64,000 bases of DNA from the NCBI RefSeq assembly GCF_009914755.1, contig NC_060927.1. One strand, given 5' to 3'. The translations under genes were made by a program, and so were the position numbers. Under the pieces are notes generated by a model. That model was not told where the DNA came from. It saw only the letters and a list, made by a program, of their open reading frames with translations, and searched no databases. Positions 10,955 to 22,900 of this stretch are shown piece by piece (positions within the stretch are counted from its first letter, which is position 1; every line of letters starts with the position of its first letter). The DNA is from the human T2T-CHM13v2.0 reference genome, Homo sapiens.

Positions 10955-13900
10955 GTGCTGTCATAATTTTCTAGGAGTACCAGGATTTCACTCCATGAGG
11001 CTACTTCCCCTCTTTTAGATTATGAGGATACTTTCAAACTACATCAGGCAGCATTATAGAGTAAGAGAGAAAATGGGTATGTATATTATATCTGCCTCAA
11101 TGTGTTTCTCTGGTCTTCATCCTTAGTATTACAGGTGAAGGGTATTCAAGGGTATTCAAGAATAGTTCATTTTCTTCTTGACTCCGTAAGCACAGGAGGA
11201 GCTCAAACATACTACCTCCCTGAAAACAAAAAAGGGATAAGAAACACTTTCTTACTTAAGAAAGAAAAACTTAAGAGAGAAAAAACAAAGTCGAATGAGC
11301 ATAAACTGTCTCATCAGGTTCTAATTCTTCTGTTTCTATGCAGAAGTTTTTTTCAGATAAATCTTAATGTAGCCTAAAACGAAAGAATTGTGCTCTATGA
11401 AGCAGAGGACTCTGAAAAGGGAACCAAAGATGAATTTTAGTCCAGCTCCATCACTCTCCCAGTTGAGCACAGAGCCAGTCCCCTAACCTCCCTATACCAG
11501 GGACTTTGGACATAGTCTTTTATTATTTCCACATTGCCTAATGGGGGTCCTTTCTTCATGATCATGCATGTCCTTTACAAATGAAGCTTCCTTTGAAGAC
11601 AGGCAAGAGATCAGATCAAGCCTTCCAATATTTATTACTTTGGTTTCCTCTTGGTTCACTGTTCTCACAATGGCTAATTCTCCAAGGGGTCCCAGATGTG
11701 AACTCTGCTCTAACTATTAAATATGACTGTAACAAGGGAACTCACACCGCAAAACATTCTTCTTGACTTCCAACCAGGGTTTCTCCCAAAGAGATGCCCC
11801 TGTACCATCTGCTCCAGAAAAGCGCAAATCCATTCCATTAATCATGGACGTCTCAGAGTTTTCTTTCCTAACCCTGAAGTTCCTGGTTCAAAGTTTCTAA
11901 AGTGGACCAACTTAGTAGAGAAATAAAACAGTTGCTATATTTACAAACACAGTATCAAGCACAATTCCTGAAACAAAGTGAACTCTCCAGAAACATTCAC
12001 TGAATGAATGATGGCACGCCTTAACTAATAACAATGTATAGGGATCTTATTTGTTCATTTTCTTCATGTTTTTCATCAGGCTCTGTACCAACATATACAG
12101 AAATTCTCTCTTATTTCTCACTCTCTCTTAAAAGGACCACATTAGCCTTAAGCCTCCTGACATTCCTGGGCTATCATCGGAATTTCATGCACAACCCAAG
12201 CCAGGCCTTGATCTTGCCAAAAATCTCTGGTGATTTATTCAGTCTGCATATTGGACAAGTCCAGTTCTACAAGTCATTTAGATCCAGTCCTAAATGCCTT
12301 TAACTGGGATCAATTTTATTTTTAGTAGTTGAATATAAACTTTAAACCACAGTGAATGCAGTAAACCAAATGAATGCAGTAAAAACTTGGTGGCTTCCAA
12401 ATTTATTTTGAGAATTGTAACATAAAAGCCAACATAGAAAATTAAAGCTTTCAAATAATCTCAGAAACAGTACCTGCTAAGGATGGTTTCCAAAGGTTAG
12501 CTGGAAAGTTTTATCAGGTTCATCTATATAACTACAAGATTCTTCATCTTAATTCTCTCATAATCTGTCTGATAACCAATGTACTAGAATGACAGACAAC
12601 AACATAAGGAAAAGGTAGAGCTGAATAGTCAATGGAAATGCTTTAGCAGTCTTGGCCAGCACAGTCCAAAGGGAGCAATGAAGGTTCCTGATGCATGACG
12701 AACTCAAGCTCCTTCTGGTCGGTCCCTTGCCTTATTCACTGTTTGAGCATTTATTTAACCTTGAAGAGACAAGTCATATATTGGGAACTGTCCAGTTTTT
12801 TCCAGAGGTGTGGAGACACTAAAAACATTCAGTACTTTGAAAGCACCAACATTCCAAATATGAACTATGTTGCACTGTGCTCTGGCCTAGGCAGGCTCAG
12901 GAGTGCTTGCTGAGTCACTTCTGAATGAAAGGGATAAAAACTATGCCCCCATCATTTGATACAATTTTAGGTTAGATTAAGAAGTCATTCATTCAGATTT
13001 GGCTTAGTTCACTCAAATGTGTTTCTACCTTGGTCTCTACTTTCAATTTCTAAGCATTCTCTCCAAATTAGGCAGGAGCTTTGCTCCTCCTCACATCAAC
13101 CACCACCATAATAAACCAGGATCTTCACAACTTAGAATTGGTTTAGGGCTCCTGACCCCAAATCTCAATCTTTCTTGAGGTTTGAATCATGCCTTTGTCT
13201 TATATTTAGAATCCAATGTCTTGTTCACTGTCTGGAACATTGGAATTAGCTGGGTCAGTTTCTTCCTCACCACATTCCCCTCCTTCCCCCCACTACACAA
13301 AAAAGACCAGAGTAAGTTGCTTGTTACGTAGTTGTTCAGTGGGAAATATGTTTTACAAATGAGGGGAGGAAAAGAGGAGGGAAAGCGGGTAAGTAGGTAG
13401 TAGTAGAACAGAAAGGGAAATTTGGGGAGCAGAAGAGAGCAAAAGAAGAAAAGGGAAACTTCTAGATTCCTGATAATAGAAAAGCTAGAGAATTTCATTC
13501 CTGAAAATTAAAGATATTTTACACGTTTGTGCATGTATGTGGCTTTGTGTTTATACACATACCGTTTTGTTTCATGTAGCATAATCAAATCTATTGCTAA
13601 TTGTTTAGTTAATATTTACTTATTCAAACATGTTTTTAACATCTTGCCCAATATTCAATCTACATTTTACTTAGCAATTAGCTTCTCTGGCAACTTGCTG
13701 TTTTGTTTTCTTTTTTTAACAAAAACGAATACTGATGTTCTAACAGAACAGTCTTACTGCCCCCTTTGGCTATTGTCGTTTCTCTTGCTTCCCCAAAGGC
13801 AAAAGCTCTGCTATTTTGCTTGCAAACACAAGACTGATATTTCATTGTTGTTACAAAAGGGTCAAGATTTTTAAAAGCACCACCCTTTAAAGTTCTTTCA

Positions 13901-14319
13901 TGGAGATCTCAGAAATGAACAGCAGTCTCACAGAAATTGCAGAACAGAAGCAGAGGAGAGAAATACAAATGGGCCAGCTAACATTATCAGTCATGTCACC
14001 CAGACTGTTACTCTTCTGAATGAAATAAATTGGCAAGAAGGGAAAGAAATGTCTGTGGAACATGCCACGGGATGAGGCACAATCTAGAGTTAGGACCTCC
14101 CTTTGCTTTTACTGTAAGCATGCCATTGGTCAAGATCAGCTAAATAAACTGCTCTGCAATTTCCATGCATTCTTTAACCATAATATGATTACCTTTAACA
14201 ATCTTTTTGTGAAATCCAGGCAAATATCCAAGCCTACTTATTTTATTTTCCAGTTTTGTAACTATTTACCAACCTCACATACTAATCCAACAATGATTGT
14301 AGTTATATCAGGCATCTAG

Positions 14320-14865
14320 TGTATTCATTCAACAAATATTTATGTAAGGAACATTTCCTGCTATCTCACTAGATTGTAAAAACTTTTGTCACTAGATCTA
14401 GTAAAGAAATAGAACAGATTTAGAAATGAAATTCCATGGAAGCAAAAGAGCAAGCACACTATATTGGAAAATGTGAGATGTTTGGGGTAGATGAAATACA
14501 GTGTCTAAAGCTAAATAGGGAGGGGTTGTGGCCACAGTGTAGGCTGTAGCTGGAGGTATGGATGAAGGGGACAGGTCAAACTGTGAAGTCCCTAATATGC
14601 TGTGCTCAAAAACTGCATTTGATCATATTGGAAATTGAACACCATTGTGGGCCTTTAAAGGTGGGAACAGCATAATGACATTGTATTTTAGACAGAAAGA
14701 ACTGATGCCAGTGGGAGAGGCTGATGGCAAATAAGAGATGCCAACAATCTGGGGCTGTTGTGATGGCCCAGCAGAGAGACACAGATGGCTCGAATGGAAG
14801 CAGCAGAAGTGAAATCGAGAAGAGAACATATTTGAGAGAAGTTTAGAAAGGAGAATGACTGATTA
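14320..14865 (-). mobile_element. L2 LINE fragment(s)
   Basis: attcattcaacaaatatttat (reversed L2 3' end) followed by purine-rich L2-like body. Confidence 0.6.
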
Positions 14866-15020
14866 ACTCTTCGTGGTATTATGATTGCTCTCCTCCCGCA
14901 GGAACCAGTCATAACCAATTTCAAAGCCTTTGGCTTGGAATGTCCTAAACACATTGCACAAAGCTACTCTGCATGGTTATCTTTAATCACGTCACATAGG
15001 AACCAATTATGATGTAGAAT

Positions 15021-15184
15021 GTTGCCACTCAAAGTGTGATCTTTGGAGAAAAGCATTATCACCTACTGGAAACCTGTGAGAAATGCAGAATCTCCATCCC
15101 CACCCCAGAAATGCTGAATCGGATTCTGCGTTTAATCAAGGACCTCAGGTAAATCACATTCACATTGCCATCTGAGGAGTACTA
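15021..15184 (+). mobile_element. MER5A1-like hAT-Charlie MITE
   Basis: ctcaaagtgtg...agaaatgcagaatctc...ccccaccccaga...ctgaatc. Confidence 0.8.
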
Positions 15185-15224
15185 ACGTAGAGGAAGTATC
15201 TCTGGGTGTAGAAATAGCGGGACC

Positions 15225-15350
15225 CTGGTTAAGTCACTTACTTATTGAAATTTTCATTTCTTCTCCACAAAATTGGGAAACATATACTGATTGGCTGTAA
15301 GAGTGAGACTGTGATAAATTGTGTGAAAATGCTTTGTGAACTCTAAAGCA
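15225..15350 (+). mobile_element. MIR fragment
   Basis: aagtcactta...aaaattggg...tgtgaaaatgctttgtgaactctaaagc. Confidence 0.55.
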
Positions 15351-15446
15351 TGATCCCAGATAGATTTAAATTCATTTTTATCATTGTGCTTGTCTTGTCA
15401 TGCATCAAAATCATATGTTTGATTTATTTGCAAAAGACTTCATTGA

Positions 15447-15748
15447 GGGCTGGGCATTGTGGCTCATGCCTGTAATCCCAGCACTTTGGGAGGCTGAGGC
15501 AGGTGGATAGCTTGAGCTCAAGAGTTCAAAGCCAACCTGGGCAACATGGCAAAACCCCATCTCTATAAAAAATTACAAAAATTAGCTGGGTGTGGTGGCA
15601 TGTACCTGCAGTCCCAACTACTTGGGAGGCTGAGATTAGAATATCACCTGAGCCCAGGAGGTTGATGCTACAGTGAGCTGAGATTGTAACACTGCATTTC
15701 AGCCTGGGTGACAATGAGATCCTGTCTCAAAAAAAAATTTTTTTTAAA
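15447..15748 (+). mobile_element. AluJ, full length
   Basis: J-type cttgagctcaagagttc / gagcccaggaggttgatgctacag; TSD AAAAGACTT(C/A)ATTGA at 15432-15446 and 15749-15763. Confidence 0.95.
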
Positions 15749-16614
15749 AAAAGACTTAATTGAACCGTAAATATGGAAGTGGTAAAAGGAATGCATTTGC
15801 AGAGAAAATATCAAAACTTTAGTCACCTGGGTTTTTGTTGTTGTTTTGCACATTATTTCCTTGGGACTATATTGCCAACCTCCAAGCTTTCTATGAATTC
15901 ACAAAACCTACATCCTCCTCTCTACTGAAACAAAGAAGAGGAGAAAGAATAACAATGTTAAGCACTGAATATTCGATAAACCTAAGGAACTTACCATTAC
16001 CATATTTTTTTCTTGGTCAAATATCTATTATCTCTAAAAGTAAACCCAAATTCCAGCACTTAATTAGGTTCCTGGGGGAGGATATAGAATTGTTTAAAAT
16101 AGAGTATAAGCCTATTTGTCTGTATTGTCTCATCCAGAAAGGAAATGAGATCAACCAGATAACCTTCTTGGATTCCTTCAAGTGTTGACTCCACAGTACC
16201 TTATTTTCAAGGTCAAGCAAGTAAGCAATATGCACAGGAGTAGCCCATGAAGTGCGATTTGAGGGATATCGAGTTGCTAAACCCTGAAGAAGGTATCCCC
16301 CCAGATATGCTGCATAGACCTACAATTAGACCCCAAATCTAGGGAGAAGATAACATGTCTGTGTCAGGGTCTTTTATAAAATATATTCTGTCTAGCACAT
16401 TGCCACATGCTATGAATAATGAATTTATTAAATAGACCACTTTTATTTAGCAGCTGTAAAGGAAAGAGAAAGTATTTGTTTATTTATTTACTCATTTATT
16501 CATTCTTTGCTGTATATTTATTAGGTGCCCAAATGTGACCGACGCTGCCATTCACAGTAAAAGGCCAAACAAGATGGCCAGGCCCTTTGCCCTCATTAAG
16601 AATGTAATCTAGAG

Positions 16615-16870
16615 CTGTAGTCCTCAAGCATTTATCATCACATACCCATCAATAAAATTTGTTGAGTGTGCACCTCCAATATGTTAATATATTTATTTAT
16701 AAATTAATCAATTATGCTACTGTACTAATATATAATATGATATAATAATATGTATATTGATAAATCCAAATAAAAATATGAGTGTATAACAGTAGAAACA
16801 GTTCTTAATTTTTTTTTTTCTGTGCCCCAATGCAACCACTGGCATATGGCCACCCACTTGAGAGATCCCT
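16615..16870. mobile_element. hAT-Charlie MITE, MER112-like
   Basis: cccatcaataaaatttgttgagtgtgcacctccaatat...tactgtactaatatat...cacccacttgagaga resembles the recalled consensus. Confidence 0.55.
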
Positions 16871-17139
16871 TTTTTACGGTAATTTCTATGAGAAACTTTT
16901 TTTTCCATGGGGACAATGTTATTCAAAGTATATGCTGACTTCAATCACATCTAGAATTCGAACAAAAGAAGTTATATGAGTTGCTCAGGATCAGAGATTC
17001 AACCTATTTTCTCTATCTCTCTCTAGTAACTTAAACTGCACTTAGAATATAATAGATGTTCAGTAAATGATTACAGAATTTAGGGAGAAAGGGATGAGGG
17101 TTTATGGAAGAAAATGAATACACTTATTACAAAAAAAGA

Positions 17140-17343
17140 GGTCAGGCATGGTGGCTCATGCCTGTAATCCCAGCATTTTGGGAGGCCAAGGCAGAATGAT
17201 CACTTGAGCCCAGGGCTTCAAGACCAGCCTGGGCAATATAGTGAGACCTCATCTCTGCAAAAAATTTAAAAATTAACTGGATGTGGCAGCATCACTACAC
17301 TCCAGCCCTGGTGACAGAACAAGACCCCATCTCAAAAAAAAAA
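17140..17343 (+). mobile_element. AluJ with internal deletion of most of the right arm
   Basis: intact left arm and linker, then jumps to cactacactccagcc; flanked by AAAAAAAGAG on both sides. Confidence 0.93.
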
Positions 17344-18490
17344 GAGATAATTATTTGTATAATAAGAAAAAAATAGCTTGCTTGCCAGGAAAAATAATAC
17401 ATTGCCTCAATTATTTAAACAATAATAAGACAGAATAATACTCATATGATAAAGAATGTACCTCCCAGCTCACTTTCATTTGTGAAGATGAAATTTCTAA
17501 TTATAGATCTCATCTCCAGAATTTCTGGGTACAATTTTACTGGCATCTCTCTCATATTTAATGGACAATACATCAATTTTACTCTAAGTAGTGAAATTAT
17601 TTCTGAAATGCATTTACATGTAGGTTCCTTAAAATTATTTACCTTGCCCACAATTCATTGAAAAAGGAAATGGTGATAGAGTTACATAGTTACCTGGCCT
17701 CTTAGCTGGCCCCTATCACCATTGCCTTTGTTCAAAATCACCTGTATTTTTTTTCTGGCAAATGGCTTCTACTGATAGTTGGTAATACTAATATTTGTGT
17801 CATGTTATCAAAAACATTTCCCAAGACTCATGGTTGCAGTGTTATCAATAATAGATTTATCTGTTACATCAAAGTTTTGGTGTAATAAACTTATCACCAT
17901 TTCCACTAGTTTTCCCCACACTCACTGTCAGCCTGGACAAAAGGTGCTTTGTAAAGAGTGTCCCATTCGAAATAGTTCCTTCAGGTGCACAGGCCAATTG
18001 CTGGTGCCAGGCTTTGTGCCCAGTCTTCTCTGCTGAGTTCAGAGCTCTCCCATCAAGACTCTGCCCAAGGAGAGCCTTCCACACTCCAAGAACCATGCGA
18101 TAAGGGAAAATGAAGTTTAGGTTACGACACAGGGAACTGCATTTACGATACCGCCTGCTCCCAGATACTGCCATCTGGCATGTATAATTACCTTTCGGAA
18201 ACCACGGGGTCACATTCTAGCAGCCTCCTTCGTGGTCTTGGGAATCCTGAGCGTTGAGATTAGGATCCCTGATCACTCTGGGCAGGGATGCACTCTAGCC
18301 TAAGAAGTCTATTTTTCCCTCAGCTTAATCCTGAGGGTCTCCAAAGTTCCAAACTGGTGGAGGAGAAGGATTTTTCCCAGGAACATTCTCCCCTTTAACA
18401 AATAATTAGGCCTCTCTCACAATCTTAAATTTCAAATAGGCCCTGAATCTCCAAGCAATGCTGACATCCTTTTTTTAAAGTATATGAGCG

Positions 18491-18524
18491 CACACACACA
18501 CACACACACACAAATGTGTGTGTA
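18491..18524. repeat. (CA)11 followed by a short (TG)n run
   Basis: direct reading. Confidence 0.92.
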
Positions 18525-19679
18525 TATACAAATGTATAGATAAATATCCATATATATATGCTAAGAATGTGCTGCTCACAAAAGTTGTATATGATAGGTC
18601 TTATAATTCTCTTGTAAAAAATAAGGACATAGAGGTTCACAAAGCTTAAAGCACTCATCAAAAGTCCCATCACTAGGAGTCAAAGGTGAATGACACAGTG
18701 AAATAATAACTACAAAATTCTTAATTTATTATCATATAATTTCTCATGTTAGTGTTGCCATAATTATCACTGAGTTTTACATGTATATAAGACACCAGTA
18801 CTTCCATGGACATTGCAGTCCTCCTCACCATCTCGGGCAGTGACCCCACCTTTCAGGAAGTGGGAGAGGGGAGGTTGCCCTTCACAACAGGATCCATGGT
18901 GTGGCCCCCATGGTGTGAAAGGAGGTTAGTCCCCAGCGGTGACTCTTTCATCACCAGGAGAAATCTGACCTCTCTTTCAGATGTGTGTAAAGTTATAAAA
19001 GCCTTAAAAATTTTTTTTAACTTCTTCTTACCGAGTATTGGACTTTGAATTCCTCTCTACCTAACTCCCCAGGGCCCTCAGGAGGCTTCTGGGCCATTAT
19101 GAAAAGTGTTTGTAGAGCCGTGTCTGTGCCATGGTGGACAGGCAGCACAGACACAGGCTGGACAATAACAGCTGAGCTGCAGACGCTCTGCAGCCCTGCT
19201 TCTGTGGCGTTTTGACAGTGCCTTTTCAACACATGAACATTATTTCTCAGAGCCCTAATCCCATGGTCCTTATTAAATTTTCCATGTCCCACAGACCCCA
19301 CCAGAGCTTTCTGTCCCACCTGAAGAATACTCTGCGCTCCCAGGATAAACAACATTTGATAAGAAGCTGACTTAGAACTACATAGAGTTTCACATTCAAA
19401 CAAATGGTCAGCTGAATTTGCATGCAATAGCAAGTTGAATCTCCGAACTTCCTTCATATCTGGTATCTTGTAGAATTTCAGCTACAAGTGTGTGACTGCA
19501 GTAAACAGAGCCAGCTTGGGGAAAAGGTGAAAGACGCCAAGGAAACCTCCACTCAAACAATATTGTGAAAAATATTCTGATTAGTTAAGATAAGATGTAC
19601 TCTCATTTTCCTGAGAGTTTTATCTTTATTAGATAGGCTGCACAATCCGTAACAAAGTCTTAGCTGAGCGTTTTGGAGC

Positions 19680-19990
19680 TGGTTGTTATTTTCAAATAGC
19701 ATGTGCTATGGTGTTTCCTTGGGGGAATGCATTCCAATTTCTTAATGGGGTGTAATCAGTAACATGTTTGCTTCAGGCCTTATAATGATGATGCTGTTAA
19801 CTACATTCAACAAAAATCCTTTAAAACAGCTGTTTTCAACCAACTTTCGCTGTGAATGTACTTTTGTGTGTTTAATGTACTTGGCAAGCATTTGAAAAAG
19901 CCCTTGCCTACTGTTTTATTTGTTTCCATTTATGAAAACATGCATTCGCTGTGAAAATCAGATGCATTTGTAAAGTTATCAAGGAACCCA
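19680..19990. promoter_or_regulatory. Candidate enhancer (double TEAD/M-CAT site, palindromic E-box)
   Basis: GGAATGCATTCC 19724-19735; AAAACAGCTGTTTT 19823-19836; TTCGCTGTGAA twice; no repeat recognised. Confidence 0.4.
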
Positions 19991-22900
19991 TAAGAAAATC
20001 TACCCTCTCCTTGCCATCATCAGCAATTTCTGAATCATCCACAGTGAAATTCACTTCGAAGAAACTTCTGTGGATTTGTTTAACCATAAAATGATCAGTA
20101 GCTCTTCTTGAGGCAAGAACAGAATGAACGTATTTCTTGAACTAAGTTCTCTCAGGTTAAATGAGAGAGGGACCCAGTAGGGCTGCCTGGATGAGGTTCA
20201 GAAGCAAAGATTTCCTTCTAGGCAGCTTCCCCCTCTGCTACCTGGGTGATTCATACCCAAGTTGTTGACCAAGCCCTGTTGTCTCTATCACTTATTAGTC
20301 TTCCACTCTGAAATGCAAAACTTATCCTCGATGCAGAGCCTGAGTAAGAATAGAATACCTTCCCTTCTTGTAACATTATCCAGCCAGGAAACAGGCAGCA
20401 TGTACTAATGGTTGGTTTAAGTCTGGTCTTTGTTTTCTGTCTTCCACGGTTGACAACGCTCCCTGCAAGGAATCAGGCCAAAATAAAACTGCCAACCACC
20501 ATAGTGCATAAAATTGTAAAAGCAGGACAAAAAATTCCTTGCCATTTTTATGTCCACCACTCCCTAGATTAGAAAGGATTGTTGCTATATGATCAACGTA
20601 TTAGGTTGTGTTGTTATAGGTATTTGTAGGAGTCAGGGTGTACAATTAAAAAACAAACAAGCAAACAGCAACAGACCCACATTACAGACATTTGCCTGCT
20701 ACCTGGTGAGTCCTCAAAAGGGAGGTAGCCCGGCAATTCCAACGCCCCGAGAAGAACCCAGAAGCTGTTCTTTTCCAATTTGCCTCCCTTATTCTGATCT
20801 CATTTCCTCAGTGCTGAACTTATACCTTTATCTGAAATCACTGGGAAGGCAGCTACTTAAACAATAAGAGAAACTAGTGCATTGTTTAATTTGCCTCTTC
20901 CATGAGTCCTAAATAATAAATCTCACAACATTCCTTGTACTCGGTGTGATACTGAATGCCAAACCCCAGCTCGGCAGCTGGAGTCCTATTTCCTGGGCCC
21001 TCCGAAGATAGAAAATATCACATTTCTATTTCATTCGACCCTTTCTCTCTCTCTGTCATGCTTCGCTGCCTTTACAAGTCACCATTTCACTGTTGCCACA
21101 AAGATTACAAGGACCCTAACAGGTAAGGCCTCCAGGAAACACGGATGGAGAGGGCCTGAAAGAAAGGCAGAGGACTGCCAGGCTTATCTGCTCCCTATCT
21201 CACCATTGCTTACCACAGGGCCTGTCCACTGACAGCCAAGCTGTCCTGAGGCAACAGCTCAGTAATAAGATACACAACAAATAATGTTTTTTTTGTTTTG
21301 CTGGAAAAATATATACTCAGGTAATTAAATTGTTAACATGATGGATGACCTTATTTTATATTTGAATTCAAAGTGACTTTCTGTATCATTCAACTAAAAT
21401 GGCTTGATGTTATTAAAAAAATAAAAAACAAAGCATAATTCCAGAGAAATGGGAATATAGATTTTTGTTGATTTACTTTAGAAACAAACATGGGTAGTTG
21501 TTACTGTGCTGGATTGTAATGTTTACTTGAAATGCATGAAGCTGGTGTTCAAATCCTATATTCATTTTTTTCATTCCTAATTATTTGTACAATTAGGAAT
21601 TGTATTTTATGGATACAATTGTTGTATCCTTAAAAGTGAGGCCGTAAAAAAATTGTCAATAAATATGCTTTGGTTTATGCAGGAAGAGCAAGAACATATT
21701 AGAGATACCTACTGTTCAGAAGGTTCCAGAAGCAGGGCCCTTGTATAGGAGTTTAAAATGTTAATGGACATGCATTCCGCCCACGTTGAATCCCATACGA
21801 CAATATGTTTTGTGCCCAGGGCATGATTCTGACTAAATCAATAAACCACTCTAAGTCTGATAAAAGTTTTACAAAATATCCAAGACATTTAGAGTAATTG
21901 TTAACATCTGCTCATTATTCAACAGTGTAAGCAGGTTTAGAAGCCAGATAAATATATTTATTCATCAGCAGCCAGCATGTCACTGCTACCTCAGTGGTGA
22001 TATAAAACAGTAAGACATTAGAACTTGCCTTAGTCTTGGGTTCAGAGAATACAAATGAACCATTATGGAAAAAACAGAAAATTCTGCTTTCTCCATGTTT
22101 TACACTTGGGGGGTAGGGGGAGAAAGAGGAAAGAGGCAAGTTTTAGTAAAAAAAAAAAAAATCTTGATAATTTACTTTGAACTAAAAACCTGGGGAATAG
22201 GCAAGAAAAATAAATATAAGAAGTACAAATCTTAGAGAAGGAATCTGATACAAATCATTGCTACAACATAAAGAGTATCTTTCTTCTTTATTCTCCAAAA
22301 CACAACTTAATTTTGATTTCTTCTTTCATTTCACAATATAAGAAAGTTATTTCTACACTGGAAGGTTAAAAATGGGCTTTTTGAATATAACATTGAAAAG
22401 GTTCTATCAGAATGAAATTAGTTCTTTGAGAATATTTAGCAATTGGCAGTTGATTTGTCCTGAACCAAAACGAGCAGCAGAGCCATCATTTAATAGTAAC
22501 AAGAAAATACTAATCAAATCACATTCACGCTTATTGGGGTGGGGAGGCATCTGAAGTGGTATTCTATGGGGTTTTGTTGTTGTCTCATGTAATCTGCTGC
22601 GTGTGCGTCTGTGTGTGTGTGTTCCAAGTGCCCTTCCAGTAGTCTCAATGACCTCCAGTGATGCTAATAGATCTCAAGTTAGGTGTTCCGTCAGTATTTG
22701 AAGCAGAGTTGATAATTAACTTTCAACTACCTGTGTTATCCTCAATCACGATTGTGTAAAATAGATTGCATAAAGTTGCCTCAAGGTTAACTCTTTGGTG
22801 AAGGAATAAATCTGACAATATGCCATCAACTTCAACACAGTCCACTAACACCAGACCTTAGAAACTTTATGAACTTTTTTTATGAAAGACAAAAGGATTC

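Noticed and set aside
21986-21994. CTACCTCA / TGAGGTAG let-7-like octamer
   Set aside because: Only the seed matches; the rest differs from let-7 and no precursor hairpin is evident
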